A stretch of 63,972 nucleotides of DNA, counting the filler, from Collodictyon triciliatum (lineage: Eukaryota), in the NCBI GenBank assembly GCA_043381765.1. It is 24 parts of 23 records of this genome, joined end to end, with 100 filler letters (N's around TTAATTAATTAA, not from the genome) between each part and the next. Parts side by side here need not be neighbours in the genome. Positions count along the whole stretch, not along the records: positions 37,461 to 40,066 come from JBHJMP010008594.1; positions 40,167 to 42,771 come from JBHJMP010008595.1; positions 42,872 to 45,475 come from JBHJMP010008596.1; positions 45,576 to 48,179 come from JBHJMP010008597.1; positions 48,280 to 50,877 come from JBHJMP010008598.1; positions 50,978 to 53,579 come from JBHJMP010008599.1; positions 53,680 to 56,281 come from JBHJMP010008600.1; 17 more parts are not named here. The stretch is one strand, 5' to 3'. How positions within the stretch are numbered: position 1 is the stretch's first letter; every line of letters starts with the position of its first letter. Made by a program: the position numbers and the translations under genes. Below are positions 39,831 to 55,610 of this stretch, one piece after another. The notes beneath the pieces were generated by a model that saw only the letters and a list, made by a program, of their open reading frames with translations, was not told the origin of the DNA and did not search any database.

Positions 39831-40166
39831 AATATTAGACTCGAGGAATAAGAAAAAGAAAAGGAGAAAGAAAAGAGAAAGAAAAAGAGAAAGAAAAAGA
39901 GAAAGAAAAAGAGAAAGAAAAAGAGAAAGAAAAAGAGAAAGAAAAAGAGAAAGAAAAAGAGAAAAAAAGAGAAAAAAAGAGAGAAAAGGAGAGAAAAGGA
40001 GAGAAAAAGAAAAAGAGAGAAAAGAAAAAAAGAAAAGAAAAGAAAAAGAAAAAGAAAAGAAAAAGANNNNNNNNNNNNNNNNNNNNNNNNNNNNNNNNNN
40101 NNNNNNNNNNTTAATTAATTAANNNNNNNNNNNNNNNNNNNNNNNNNNNNNNNNNNNNNNNNNNNN

Positions 40167-40455
40167 AACAGTCTGCTGAAACACGCTCGCATTCTTCGCT
40201 ACTCTGACCGCAAGCGAAGAGAGATGTGGGAATGTGTCGTAAGATATCTCCCACAGCATATCCAACCCCTGCTACCCACGCAGCCAATCAACCAGTTGGG
40301 ACGCCCACCTGACCAGCTCGCTATCACTGACTTCTTTCCAGTGCTACCCTCTCCACAGTAGTGTCTTCTCTTAGTCGCGTTTGCTCTCTACCATGCGCAG
40401 CTATCCCGCCCCTTTGTATGGCATAACCTCGCTACACTTTGAATCGAATAAAGGG
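40167..40455 (+). mobile_element. LINE family A 3' end (longest copy; ORF2 tail 40167-40361)
   Basis: Open frame NSLLKHARILRYSDRKRREMWECVVRYLPQHIQPLLPTQPINQLGRPPDQLAITDFFPVLPSPQ*, then a 3'UTR ending GAATCGAATAAAGGG. Confidence 0.85.
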
Positions 40456-40564
40456 ATTATTTTTTTCTCTGTCCAAAACCACGGTCGGATACCCAACTTC
40501 TTTTTGTAATATATACTTACTATCTGGAGTACCAATTCTTAGTCTCGCCCACGAACAGACTGCC

Positions 40565-42450
40565 ATGGCACCGGAAAGAAAGAAAGGGACACGCTCAGTC
40601 TTGGGTACTCCGCCAAGTGGCTACTCGACGGCGAGTGCCCGCTGCGACAAGGCTGATCATTCGCACTCCGAAAGGCTTGCTCCTTTTTTCTTTTTTTTTT
40701 TCTTCTTGTTTTAATTCATCATTATTATTATTCCTTTTGACGAACCCTATTTGACTCGATCTTTTGATAAGTCAGACTCAATTCTATTTCACTGTAAAGA
40801 CCTAGGTTGATTTTACTTATTGCACTGACCTTATTGCTCTTGTTATACAACTGGGATGATACTTACCTGCTGGGTATGATATACTCGCTAAAAGCTTTTT
40901 GTACTTTATAATTACCCAGGCCCGCTTTGGATTTTTCTAAAATAGAGGAAACCTACTCTTGTATATTTTTTTGTAAGAAATGCGAGTGCTATGCAAATAT
41001 GTTTTGCCTCTTGTTCCCGTTCACAGCCGTTTCTACAACCATGCCTTGCTGAATATAGACTTTGATAGGAAAGGACGCATCTGGTAATATAAGCGTTGTT
41101 ATCCAGTTGCTAAAACGAAAGACGATGGAGTTTTCTCCTCAAACGAACCATAAGTTATTTGAATGGGAGTTCAACTATTCTTCAAACCCATGTACATATA
41201 CATATCTATCGCAACATTTATATTTTGTGGACTATATCTGTTAATTAATTAATCATTTTTACATATGGTATCTTTTGCATTTTCTATCTTCCTTATCACC
41301 TTTGTAAATATTATTTATGCAAAACCTCAAGTGAAACCCAACTACACACTTTCTGAAATCCATGACTGGTCTCCCGAGGTTGAATACTATTTCAACGAGT
41401 AAAATTTTCCGTCTCTTTTTTATTTGTGACATTTCAATCTTTAATACAGCAGAATGATGTTTATGTTAAATAGAGACCACCTCTTTGAACAGTCTTTTGA
41501 TTTAATGTAGAGGACGTCTCAGAATGGTCAGTAACGAATACTTTATCACTGAGACGGTCAAGAAAAATGTGTTTGTGAGTACTTTTGGAATTGGGTCTGC
41601 CCTTACAGGTTAGTGAAGGCAAGGATTATTCATTATGGGCACAAGATTTAGACATTTGTTTGATTTTATTGCTTAAGGCTGTCGTTTTAAGTCTTTTTCT
41701 TTTCCTACAAACAGCTCTTCCCTTCTATGCTTTCATACACTATTGCTACACTGATGTCAGTTTACATGAAAACAAAGCCCTTATGTGGGCTATCGGTAGA
41801 TTTGTCGCCAGTTTGTGTGTATGATGTAATTTAATGCCTTGTGTAATATATGTTGATTAAAAAAAAAAAAAAGAGCACCAAACATGTATTTGAAAATAGG
41901 TTTGTATCTCGACGCTCTTTGTTTACAAAACCTCCTCAGATTACGTATCCAACTTTTTTTCTGGTGTGATTGCCTTTTCGTTCGCGTTGGGGACCTGTGC
42001 ATGGAGCATATCAAGGTTTGAAGGAAACGAATGCAATTCTCAATGTGGACTTGATTATTTGAATTTGAATATTATATCTCTGCGACACATAAATTTGATT
42101 GTAATTACATTTTTACATATCTATTTCAATAAATGTCTTGAGCTAAAACAAAAAAAAACAAAAATCCGACATAGTCAAAACTTATGGCAGCACGGACCTA
42201 ATGAAATGTACTTGAGCATTGGATTTTATTTTTGGTCACAATGGTGTTTAAACAGAAATGCTCCCAAAAGATATCCTTCTTTATCGGCTCTTTTTTTTTC
42301 ATGTGCGGTATTCTGCCGTCCAACAAGTGCTGTTTATCCTGTGGCCATATTTTTTTATGCAGTATGGAAACGGTTAGATGGACTCATGGAATATATCGGA
42401 GTTGGAACTCTTTTTGGATCTATTTTTTTGGGTATAGTCGTTATCTTATC
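40565..42450 (+). CDS. Multi-TM GT-C fold glycosyltransferase (PMT/ArnT-like), multi-exon, 3' partial
   Basis: Exons LLLLYNWDDTYLLG|KDASGN, YFITETVKKNVFVSTFGIGSALT|ALPFY, FALGTCAWSIS|SQNLWQHGP and AVFCRPT. Confidence 0.75.
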
Positions 42451-43268
42451 AGTTTGAATATGTTGTAATATATACTTGCTGTATGCCATCACACCCCAGT
42501 TTACTGATATCTGAAATGCATTCCCCACTCCTCCTATGACCACGTCTAACCTGCTCGTTTTATTTTTATAATCATAATTTTTCGATTATGTACACACTCA
42601 CCTGTTTCACTCAAGGTATCCTAATACACAAGTGTAATTTTTTTAAGGATTATTTCATTCTAAAATACTGTCGCATTTTTCTTTTTCTTTTTCTTTTTCT
42701 TTTTCTTTTTCTTTTTCTTTTTCTTTTTCTTTTTCTTTTTCTTTTTCTTTTTCTTTTTCTTTTTCTTTTTCNNNNNNNNNNNNNNNNNNNNNNNNNNNNN
42801 NNNNNNNNNNNNNNNTTAATTAATTAANNNNNNNNNNNNNNNNNNNNNNNNNNNNNNNNNNNNNNNNNNNNAGAAAAGAAAAAGAAAAGAAAAAGAAAAG
42901 AAAAAGAAAAGAAAAAGAAAAGAAAAAGAAAAGAAAAAGAAAAGAAAAAGAAAAGAAAAAGAAAAGAAAAAGAAGAAAAGAAAAAGAAAGAGATAAAGAA
43001 AATCAGAAGGTAATAATGGATGAACAAAGTGACCCCCTGCGCCAATTTAATATATTTATTATATTATCTTTCTGAATCATTCTTAATCTCTTTAATTTTG
43101 ACGCAGTTTGTCTTTCGGGTCTTTTATTGAACCAGTGCCTTGATATAATTCCCTGCCTTCATAACACTCAAAGCCTTTCTGTCTCTTGTTTTGCACACCG
43201 CCAGAACATCCTGGTAGAAAAAGTGCCTTGTAAAAGTATACTCTCCTTTTCTAGAAGCCCCTTACAGA

Positions 43269-45475
<2,207 letters not shown>

Positions 45476-45576
45476 NNNNNNNNNNNNNNNNNNNNNNNNN
45501 NNNNNNNNNNNNNNNNNNNTTAATTAATTAANNNNNNNNNNNNNNNNNNNNNNNNNNNNNNNNNNNNNNNNNNNNG

Positions 45577-48179
45577 ACTTATCGCTACCCCGATGCGCTC
45601 TATACATTGGCTCAATCGTATGAAAACGGATGGGTGGTTGAAAAGGATTTGAAAGAGGCCAGTAGATGGTATGTCAGGGTAAAAAAAATTGACGATTTGA
45701 GGCGACTACTTTCTGGGGGCTCTGTAGAAGTATTTGAACTCATGAAGGAGTTATCAGAAGAGAAAGAGGACATCTTAAATTACGGCTCAAAAGTAGGGGA
45801 GAAAATCAAATACCCTGAAGCATTTTCACTTATTGCGTCTTGCTATGAAAACGGATGGGGCGTGGGAAAAAATCTTAAAGAGTCTGTTGAATGGTATCAA
45901 AAAATTGGCGACTTTGATGGGCTAAAGCGGCTGGCATCTGTGGGTAGTGTGGATGCATTCTCAGTATTGGAACAAATGTCGGTGTCCAAGATCGATATAT
46001 TTAAATATGGAGACTGGGGAGATAAAGTGGGGGAGCGCTTTCAATATCCCGAAGCAGTTTCGTCTCTTGCTGAGTGTTATTTGAACGGTTGGGGCACGGA
46101 TAGAGACTCGAAAATGGCTTCTGAATGGTATGGAAAGCTGGAAGACTTTAATCAGCTCAAGGACATGGCTAAAAATGAAATCAAAGAGGCGGTTGATGAG
46201 CTGATAAATCTTGCGAGCTTAAAAATTGACGTTATCAGCAACGGCGGATGGGGAGAGAAGGTTGGTGAAAAGTTCAAATATGCAAGCGCTGTACAGAACT
46301 TGGCAGAGTGTCTGGAGAATGGATGGGGCGTCGAGGTCGATTTAAAGAAGGCAGTTGGTTATTACACAGCCCTATTATCTTTCGATGACCTGAAAAGACT
46401 CGCCGAATTGGGAACGAAGTATGCATTCGATGCTTTACTTGAGCTGGCTATGTCATCGGAAGTTGAGCTCGACCAAAACGGATTGAAAAAGAATGAAATC
46501 TTCAAAAATCCTCAGGCTGTCTCCATAGTAGCTGAATGCTTCGAAAATGGGTGGGGTACTGAGAAGGACCTTGAGAAAGCATTAGAGTTCTACAGAAATT
46601 CTGAAAATTTCGAGAAGCTACAGAATTTTGCGAAACAAGGAATGAGCAGGGCGTTTGAAATGCTCAAAGAGGCTTCGGACGTTAAAGAAGATGAGCTTGA
46701 CTACTATAAGAACAAAGTTGGAGAGAAACCCAAGTACCGTCAAGTTCTACCCTTACTAGCGGAGTGTTACGAAAAAGGTTGGGGAACTACCTTGAATGAA
46801 CAAATAGCATGTGAATTGCATGGAAAAAATGAGAACTTCCAATTGATTCAACGTATGGCCAAGGACGGGTCAATTAATGCCTTTGAAGTTTTGAAGGAAT
46901 ACTCTTTGAAGAAAGGATTACAGCGTGATTCATACACCGGAGGAATATTGGGCGAAACATACTTTTTCTCGTACTTGGTTGATTATGTAGCGAGTTGCTA
47001 CGAGAACGGATGGGGCACAGAAAAGGATGCGGAGCAGGCGAAGTTTTGGACTGATATTGTTCCATTGAGAACATCCTACAACTATTCCAGACTGAAAAAA
47101 TTGGCGCAAGAAGGCTCATTAGTTGCTTTTTCGATGCTGCAAGAGATATCAGAGATTAAATATGATGTTATGCACTACAAAGACAAGATTGGCGAGAAGT
47201 ATAGATACCCTGAAGCTATCTCTGCTGTTGCTGAATGCTTTGAGAATGGATGGAGTGTTAGCAAAGACAAGGAAAATGCCGCTGATATGTTTGTTAAAGC
47301 TGAAAATTGGGAAGGATTGAAAAGATTAGCAAGAGATGGATTTTCGAAAGCATTTGCTCTTCTGGTGAACTTGGCCGAGATGAAGGAAGAAATCCTTAAT
47401 TATAACAGGATCAAAACTGGTGAACAACAAAAGTACCCTGAAGTTGTCAACATTGTCGCTGAGTGCTTTGAAAATGGATGGGGAGTCGAGAAAGATTCGA
47501 AAAAAGCACTCGAATGGCATGGCATAGCTGGGCACTTTGATCTGTTAAAGCAACAGGCCGAGCAAGGTTCAAGTGCTGCCTTTGGTGTCTTGGAAAAAAT
47601 GGCAAGCGTGAAAGAAGATATCGTGGCGAGCAAAGGTCCAATAATCGGAGAGAGCAATAAATATCCAAACGCCGTTGGATACGTTATCGAGTGCTATGAT
47701 AATGGCTGGGGAGTAGAGCAAGACAAGAAGAAAGCAATCGAGTGGCAAGCAAAGGCTGAAAACATTGATATTCTGAAAGATTTAGTGGCAGGAGGCTCGC
47801 AAGATGCTTTTGATGTGTTGAATGACATGGCAAACAAGAGAGAAACTTCTTTCAATAGCTATTATGGTTCCAAGACAGGGGAAAGATATACATACCCTCA
47901 AGCTGCTTCAGTTCTCACTGAGTGTTATGAGAATGGCTGGGGAGTAGAAAAGAATGAGGAAAAGGCATCTTTCTGGGGAACCCTTGTCCCTCTTTATCAA
48001 AGTGAAGACTTCAACGGATTAAAAGAGCACGCAGAAAAAGGCTCTGCTGAGGCATTCAAGTTCATTGTAGAACTGGCTGAGATGAAAGAAGATATACTCG
48101 ATGGCGAGCAGATTGCTGGGGAAAGCTACAAACACCCACAGGCGCACCAAGTTCTGTCGGAGTGCTATGAAAATGGCTG
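45577..48179 (+). CDS. Intronless protein of >=11 tandem ~75-80-aa Sel1-containing repeats; both ends truncated
   Basis: Open frame across the whole contig; unit YPEA..xAECYENGWGVEKD..KA.EW....F..LK.LA..GS..AF..L......K.D....(var)K.GE..K. Confidence 0.93.
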
Positions 48180-48479
48180 NNNNNNNNNNNNNNNNNNNNN
48201 NNNNNNNNNNNNNNNNNNNNNNNTTAATTAATTAANNNNNNNNNNNNNNNNNNNNNNNNNNNNNNNNNNNNNNNNNNNNTAACAATAATAATAACAATAA
48301 TAATAACAATAATAATAACAATAATAATAACAATAATAATAACAATAATAATAACAATAACAATAATAATAACAATAATAATAATCATGTAGAATGAAAA
48401 AAAGCAGAATAATCGCAGAATCCGGTTCTTCAGTCAAAGCAAACTCCAGGGAACAGAAATACACTGATCACCAACAAAC

Positions 48480-48773
48480 CTTCTCAAGATATAATGGGGT
48501 CATAAAAACTGCTAGAAGCATCTTCTCTTTCCTGTCAAAGTCCAGGAAAACCGTCCGATTCGGTTCTGAGACAGAACCTCCCCCACCATCCGGCAAAATA
48601 CTTGCCAACAAAGCCCAAATACCAACAGAGGGTTCCTCCAAACAGACAGTTTCTGAATCCGCGGACTGCTCTGAAGCCAAAGGCGAAATCGACAGAGGCT
48701 CTCTCGCAACAGAGTTGCCTGCCTCCTTGCCTTGCGGAAACGAGTTCATGCCTCCTTTTCGCCTGGAGCTCAT
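48480..48773 (-). CDS. Probable first exon of TAPT1/EMP65-like protein
   Basis: MSSRRK...GIWALLASIL...FDRKEKMLLAVFMTPLYLEK|gt resembles the TAPT1 R.rvy.fl..P..LEK motif. Confidence 0.45.
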
Positions 48774-49116
48774 CTGAAAGTCGTAGCGGAAAAAGCATCC
48801 CACACACACAAAAAAAAAAAGAAAGCCCAAAGCAAAGAAAAGGAGAGAGAGAAAAGAAGAAGAAAAAAAGGTTGACCTGTCAGCTGAGTTTTTTCATTAT
48901 TCTTTTGCACTTTTACAGAACAGAAGTGTGTGACTGATTTGTGAGCGGAGAGTTTTATTCTGCTTTGAATTCCGCGCTTCACAAAAAAAGAATATGGCGC
49001 AGTACTAAAAATATCATGTATTCACAGCAGGCTTTGCCGCGCTGGCCAAGTCTTGTCTCCCTTTTGCTCCTCACTCTCACTTTGCAAGAGATTGCGGTGC
49101 TATGAAAGGAAGGGAC

Positions 49117-50710
49117 TTATATCTTGATTAAATCGCTGGGATATGATGAGGCGATGTAAAGACTTCCATCCAGCCCGAAAGAGATGCCCATGGGATGTGT
49201 TATTTGCAGCGACTTTACGATTTTCCCATCGCTTGAAAACATATGAACAGCTCCGTTGTTGTATTCGCTCAAACAGAAGCCTGCGTTTGGGCCTCGGCAA
49301 AGATAATTCCAGTTTGCAAGGGCCTTTTTCGTCAGGAAGCCATCAAGGAGCACCAAAGTTTCTTTGCATATTATGTAAATGGTGTCTCCAGCTCGTGGGA
49401 ATATAAGGAGACGATTCTGCTCATCAACAACAGCAGCATCGGGCAGAACGGGTTTCAAGTTACCAGTTTGCAGGTGTATAAAATCGGGACTAAACTTCAA
49501 TACTTTGTAGACATCCTGGTCAGTTACGTATATAAATCCGGTAAGGTCGACTGCGATGCATGTAGCGTTTGAAAAATGGAATACTTCACCGCTGGCTGTC
49601 AGCAGATGGCCAACAAAGTCCAGTTCCTTGTTTAAGATGACCACACACGACTTCTTTGAACAGGCAACATAGATAAAATCGCCGTTCACAGAGAAGCATA
49701 TTCCGCACGGAGAATTCAAGAAAGGATCTATGTTTCATGTCTCCATTAGTGGTGCTCAAGTAAAAGAAAACACATGCACTAAGATGGCGATGAGAAAAAA
49801 ATGGACGATGCATGAATAATATAATCAGTTCCTTTTTTTTTCTTTTCACTTTTACAAAGATAACCTGTTTCTCTGCGCCTGGAATACGATTTCTTATATT
49901 CTAACGAGCTTGAGTACATCGATACCAAGCCAGTTTGTCGCTCCGCTACATATACATCACCACTGATTGGGTGGACTGCCAGTCCATACGGAACTGAGGG
50001 TCTTCTCGTCGCCAATAAAGTCGTAGCGGAGGGATATTCCAACGAGGATATTGCTCTATCTATTGGATGGAAATTGGAGCAAAGTGTGTCTCTGTATCTT
50101 TGGAGGCCGTAAGCCGCGCATATTTCGCGGGGGATTCGACCCAAACTCCATAGCGGCCACGCGGTAAAATGTGTAGTGTTACCCGGCAAGTTTATCTCAA
50201 AAAAAGTCATTGTTGTGTGGCAGCGACGGATGTTGCGCATGCTGCATTTTTTGGCATGAAGGAGAGAGGCGCATCGGACGAGCGGAGCTACTTCAGACTC
50301 TGACGCAATTATGGGTTTCTTTATCTTATTTTCCTGTTCACGCGTCTGTGGGTGGCGAAAGTGTAAGAATTGACAGAAGGCGAATATCGATGCATATTAA
50401 ATATGTGAGAAATCCAAGAGAAAAAAAAAGCTAAGAAAAAAAAAGCAAAGAAAAAAAAAAGGAATAGAAAGGATATATATCTTTCTTGAATCCCAAGCTC
50501 TATCTTTTAATAAAGAAAAAAAAATACTCAAAATAAACTACGGAAGAAGCAGAAATATACTTTGTGTTCTTCGAATCAAAAGAAGGGGTTTACCCAGCCA
50601 AGCATCATTTTTTCTATTGTGCCAAGGAAGTTGCGGAAGGTTTCAAAGTGTGCGATGATGTCCATATCAATCAACTCCGTTTGTTCCTCAACCTTGTGCG
50701 AGAGTCATTC
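49117..50710 (-). CDS. Divergent NHL-repeat protein, paralogue of 13728-15432
   Basis: PYGLAVHPISGDVYVAE, SPCGICFSVNGDFIYVA, CIAVDLTGFIYVTD and HPMGISFGLDGSLYIA; introns at ~49728-49864 and upstream. Confidence 0.85.
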
Positions 50711-50977
50711 GTTTTTTTTTTTTACTATTAAACTTTCAGGCTATCCTTTCGATAGATATTGTGGCTTGGAATAGTCAAAAAAGAAAAAAAAGGAAAAAAA
50801 GGAAAAAAAGGAAAAAAAGGAAAAAAGAAAAAGAAAAAAAGAAAAAAAAGAAAAAAAGAAAAAAAAAAAAAAAAAAANNNNNNNNNNNNNNNNNNNNNNN
50901 NNNNNNNNNNNNNNNNNNNNNTTAATTAATTAANNNNNNNNNNNNNNNNNNNNNNNNNNNNNNNNNNNNNNNNNNNN

Positions 50978-51077
<100 letters not shown>

Positions 51078-51358
51078 TAATTATTTTTATTTAATTATTT
51101 TTATTTAATTATTTTTATTTAATTATTTTTATTTAATTATTTCTATTTAATTATTTTTATTTAATTATTCGTATTACAGTATTTGATCAAAATATAGTAT
51201 TTAATCGATATTATAAACAATAATATCTTATATTTGAAAATTGATGTTTAATATTATTACTCTGTGTATTTAAACCATGTGAATGGCCACCATAGAACTT
51301 CGTACTTGCCTTTAAATTTGTTTATGAATATTTATTATTAATCTTATCATTCATTAAA

Positions 51359-53423
51359 TTATCTAATGTTTTTAAGGATACCATTCAAAGTAAAGTATAC
51401 CGTTAATTTCGATGGTTGTTGAAACTTTTGACATGTTGCTGTTATAGATCTGAAAAATGATTCTGGAGTAACATATTCTGAACCTTTTTGTCTCGATATG
51501 TAATTTTTACTGGTTTCAGTATTTTTGTCCTCCAAATTTATGCTCATGCTTCCTTGAAAGCACGGTTTTGAGCTTCTGGTAATTAGGAACTTAGTTATGA
51601 GACTTGAATCGGAGTAGGATTTTGAATTGTAGGGTACTGAACATGTATCTTTACTGTAATTTTTTGGGTTTGAAATTATATACTTGGATACTTCATGATC
51701 AATCATATCCGTTTCTTTTTCAACAGACGTTTTCGTAAATACTAACTTAGGTGTATGAGAGCCATATGATGATTGACTTTCAGATCTAGATGATGATGCG
51801 CTGTTTGATTCAGAATACGAGTGTGAATCGTTTGGTACAGAAAACGTGTCCTTTTTTTGTATGTTCGTTTCAGTAAATATAAACTCGGGTGTTGCATCTT
51901 CAGTTGCGTCGGAGTCTTTAATCGGCGTTTTCGTAAATACAAACTCGGGTGTTGCATCTTCAGTTGTATCGTAGTCTTCGATCGGCGTTTTCGTAAATAC
52001 AAACTCGGTTGTATGAGAGCCATATGATGATTGACTTTCAGATCTAGATGATGATGCGCTGTTTGATTCAGAATACGAGTGTGAATCGTTTGGTATAGAA
52101 AACGTGTCCTTTTTTTGTATGTTCGTTTCAGTAAATATAAACTCGGGTGTTGTATCTTCAGCTATACCATCATGATTAACTAGGATATTCGTCGAGATGG
52201 TTAAGTGACTTTTTATCGAGCTCGGTGGTGAAGCTTTGGAATCTAAATTCGACCGTGATTGCTCAAGTTCATATTCTCGGCCATGATTATTCATAAATTT
52301 TCTCTTTCCATTAGAGTTTGAAATATTTTCATATTTTTTTGACTCATGATACAGCAATTGTGTATTATTGATCCCTAGATTATGCTTGATTTCAGTATTT
52401 TTGGTTTCTGTGATGATCTTTATCAGCAATCCAGCATTTCTTGCCTTATGTCCCCTTTTTACGCCTTTATAATAAGGAATTATGTTACAATTTTTATTTT
52501 CATGGCAATTAATTTCGATTCTCTGAATATTATCTTGAATGATAATATCTGTCTTTTTATAAATATTTTATACAATTTCGTAAATGATTTACAAATATAT
52601 TTCTGGATAACATGTGTCTTCATAATTAAAAAAAATCTTTTTATGCCTATATCATTCAATTAATTTTTCCTTCATTTATGAAATATTAAAACTTCGAATC
52701 CAGTGCAATCACATCTTAGAAAAGTTTATGAGTGCCTTACATATTCACATATTTGAGTATAAATTTTGGAAAATAAATTATCAACTTATTACCTGAATTG
52801 AACTGGCTATTTAGTTCTTCATCATTTGTATCTTTGGATGATACTGAGTGTCTATATTGAACGTAAGATATTTTCTTTTGATAATTATTTGTGTGAATCT
52901 TCCAATTGGGCCTATTTAATTCATTGCGGGGCTCCTTATCATTTATGGGTCGACTTTGGCCAATATTAGTTATTTTTTTGAGGCCTTCGTATTTGATTTT
53001 TGAATTCAAATATTTGTCATTAGGAGAAGTCCTGACAGAATATCTAATGCAGGAAGATATGATCCCAGTCAACCTAGCCTGAGTATATGGAACACTCATG
53101 TCAGGTGCATATTTTTTTGGACCCTTCGACACAAGGCATACTTCCCTATTGTAGTATATGCTATTTTTTTCCATTAAAATTGAACTTGCATAGCTCCTTA
53201 ATATAAGAAATCTACTTCGCAGCATCAAAGGGATAAAATTCATTTCTCTGGAGAAGGCATAGTTTTTGGTTTCCTTTTTGCGGCAAATATAGGATGAATC
53301 AGCCAAACCAATGAATATGGAAGTAATAAGAATGAAATATAGCAATCTTTTCAGGTTCGAAAATTCTCTGCTATATTTTCCATGGGAATTCCTTAAAGTT
53401 GTTGCTGAAAGGGCTAGCTTCAT
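51359..53423 (-). CDS. AT-rich orphan ORFs (52737-53423 and 51359-52429), possibly one decaying secreted-protein gene with internal repeats
   Basis: Hydrophobic N-terminal segment LLYFILITSIFIGLADS; Ser/Thr-rich duplicated units; in-frame TAA stops between the two ORFs. Confidence 0.45.
51753..52161. repeat. Nested coding repeats: ~150-bp direct repeat at 258-bp spacing enclosing 60-bp units
   Basis: 51753-51903 is almost identical to 52011-52161; the PEF(I/V)FT(E/K)T motif recurs. Confidence 0.9.
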
Positions 53424-53679
53424 GAAGTTCAGGTACTTTTTATGGAGAGGCTCTTAAACTATGGAATTAATTTTTGTTTTTATTCTTTTTTATTCTTTTT
53501 ATTCTTTTTATTCTTTTTTATTCTTTTTTATTCTTTTTTATTCTTTTTTATTCTTTTTTATTCTTTTTTATTCTTTTTTNNNNNNNNNNNNNNNNNNNNN
53601 NNNNNNNNNNNNNNNNNNNNNNNTTAATTAATTAANNNNNNNNNNNNNNNNNNNNNNNNNNNNNNNNNNNNNNNNNNNN

Positions 53680-53906
53680 GTCGTGCGATATTTCCCACAG
53701 CATATCCAACCCCTGCTACCCACGCAGCCAATCAACCAGTTGGGTCGCCCACCTGACCAACTCGCTATCACTGACTTCTTTCCGGTGCTAGCCTCTCCAC
53801 GGTAGTGTCTTCTCCTACTCGCGTTTGCTCTCTCCCATGCGCACCAATCTTGCCCCTTTGTATTGCATAACCTCGCTGCACTTTGAATCGAATATAGATG
53901 AAAAAA
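53680..53906 (+). mobile_element. LINE family A 3' end, third copy
   Basis: VVRYFPQHIQPLLPTQPINQLGRPPDQLAITDFFPVLASPR*, with the same 3'UTR. Confidence 0.85.
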
Positions 53907-54201
53907 CCTAGGCCCGCAAAAATATGAGATAACAAACAAACAAACAAACTCTGCAAATTTCTAATTATCAATATCCTCACTGCATTTCTTTTCTTGATTT
54001 GAGTTTGTGGGTAAATCAGAAAAATTATTTCGCATGACACTCCACCCTTTTCCAATTTAGGAAGTCCAGGACATTCGTATCTGATTCTTTCGCATCGACA
54101 AACCCGCAGCGATCGCACAGAGTGGCACAGAATCGCACGAAGGGCCGCCAAAAAAAAAAGAGAAAAAAAACACGACGAAACCGTCTCAACGATGCAACAA
54201 C

Positions 54202-55610
<1,409 letters not shown>

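Noticed and set aside
52430-52640. In-frame TAA (and TGA at a conserved Trp in the RT at ~63381) as stop-codon reassignment
   Set aside because: Conserved genes use CAA/CAG and TGG normally and end in TAA, TGA or TAG; these cases sit in frameshifted or decaying sequences.
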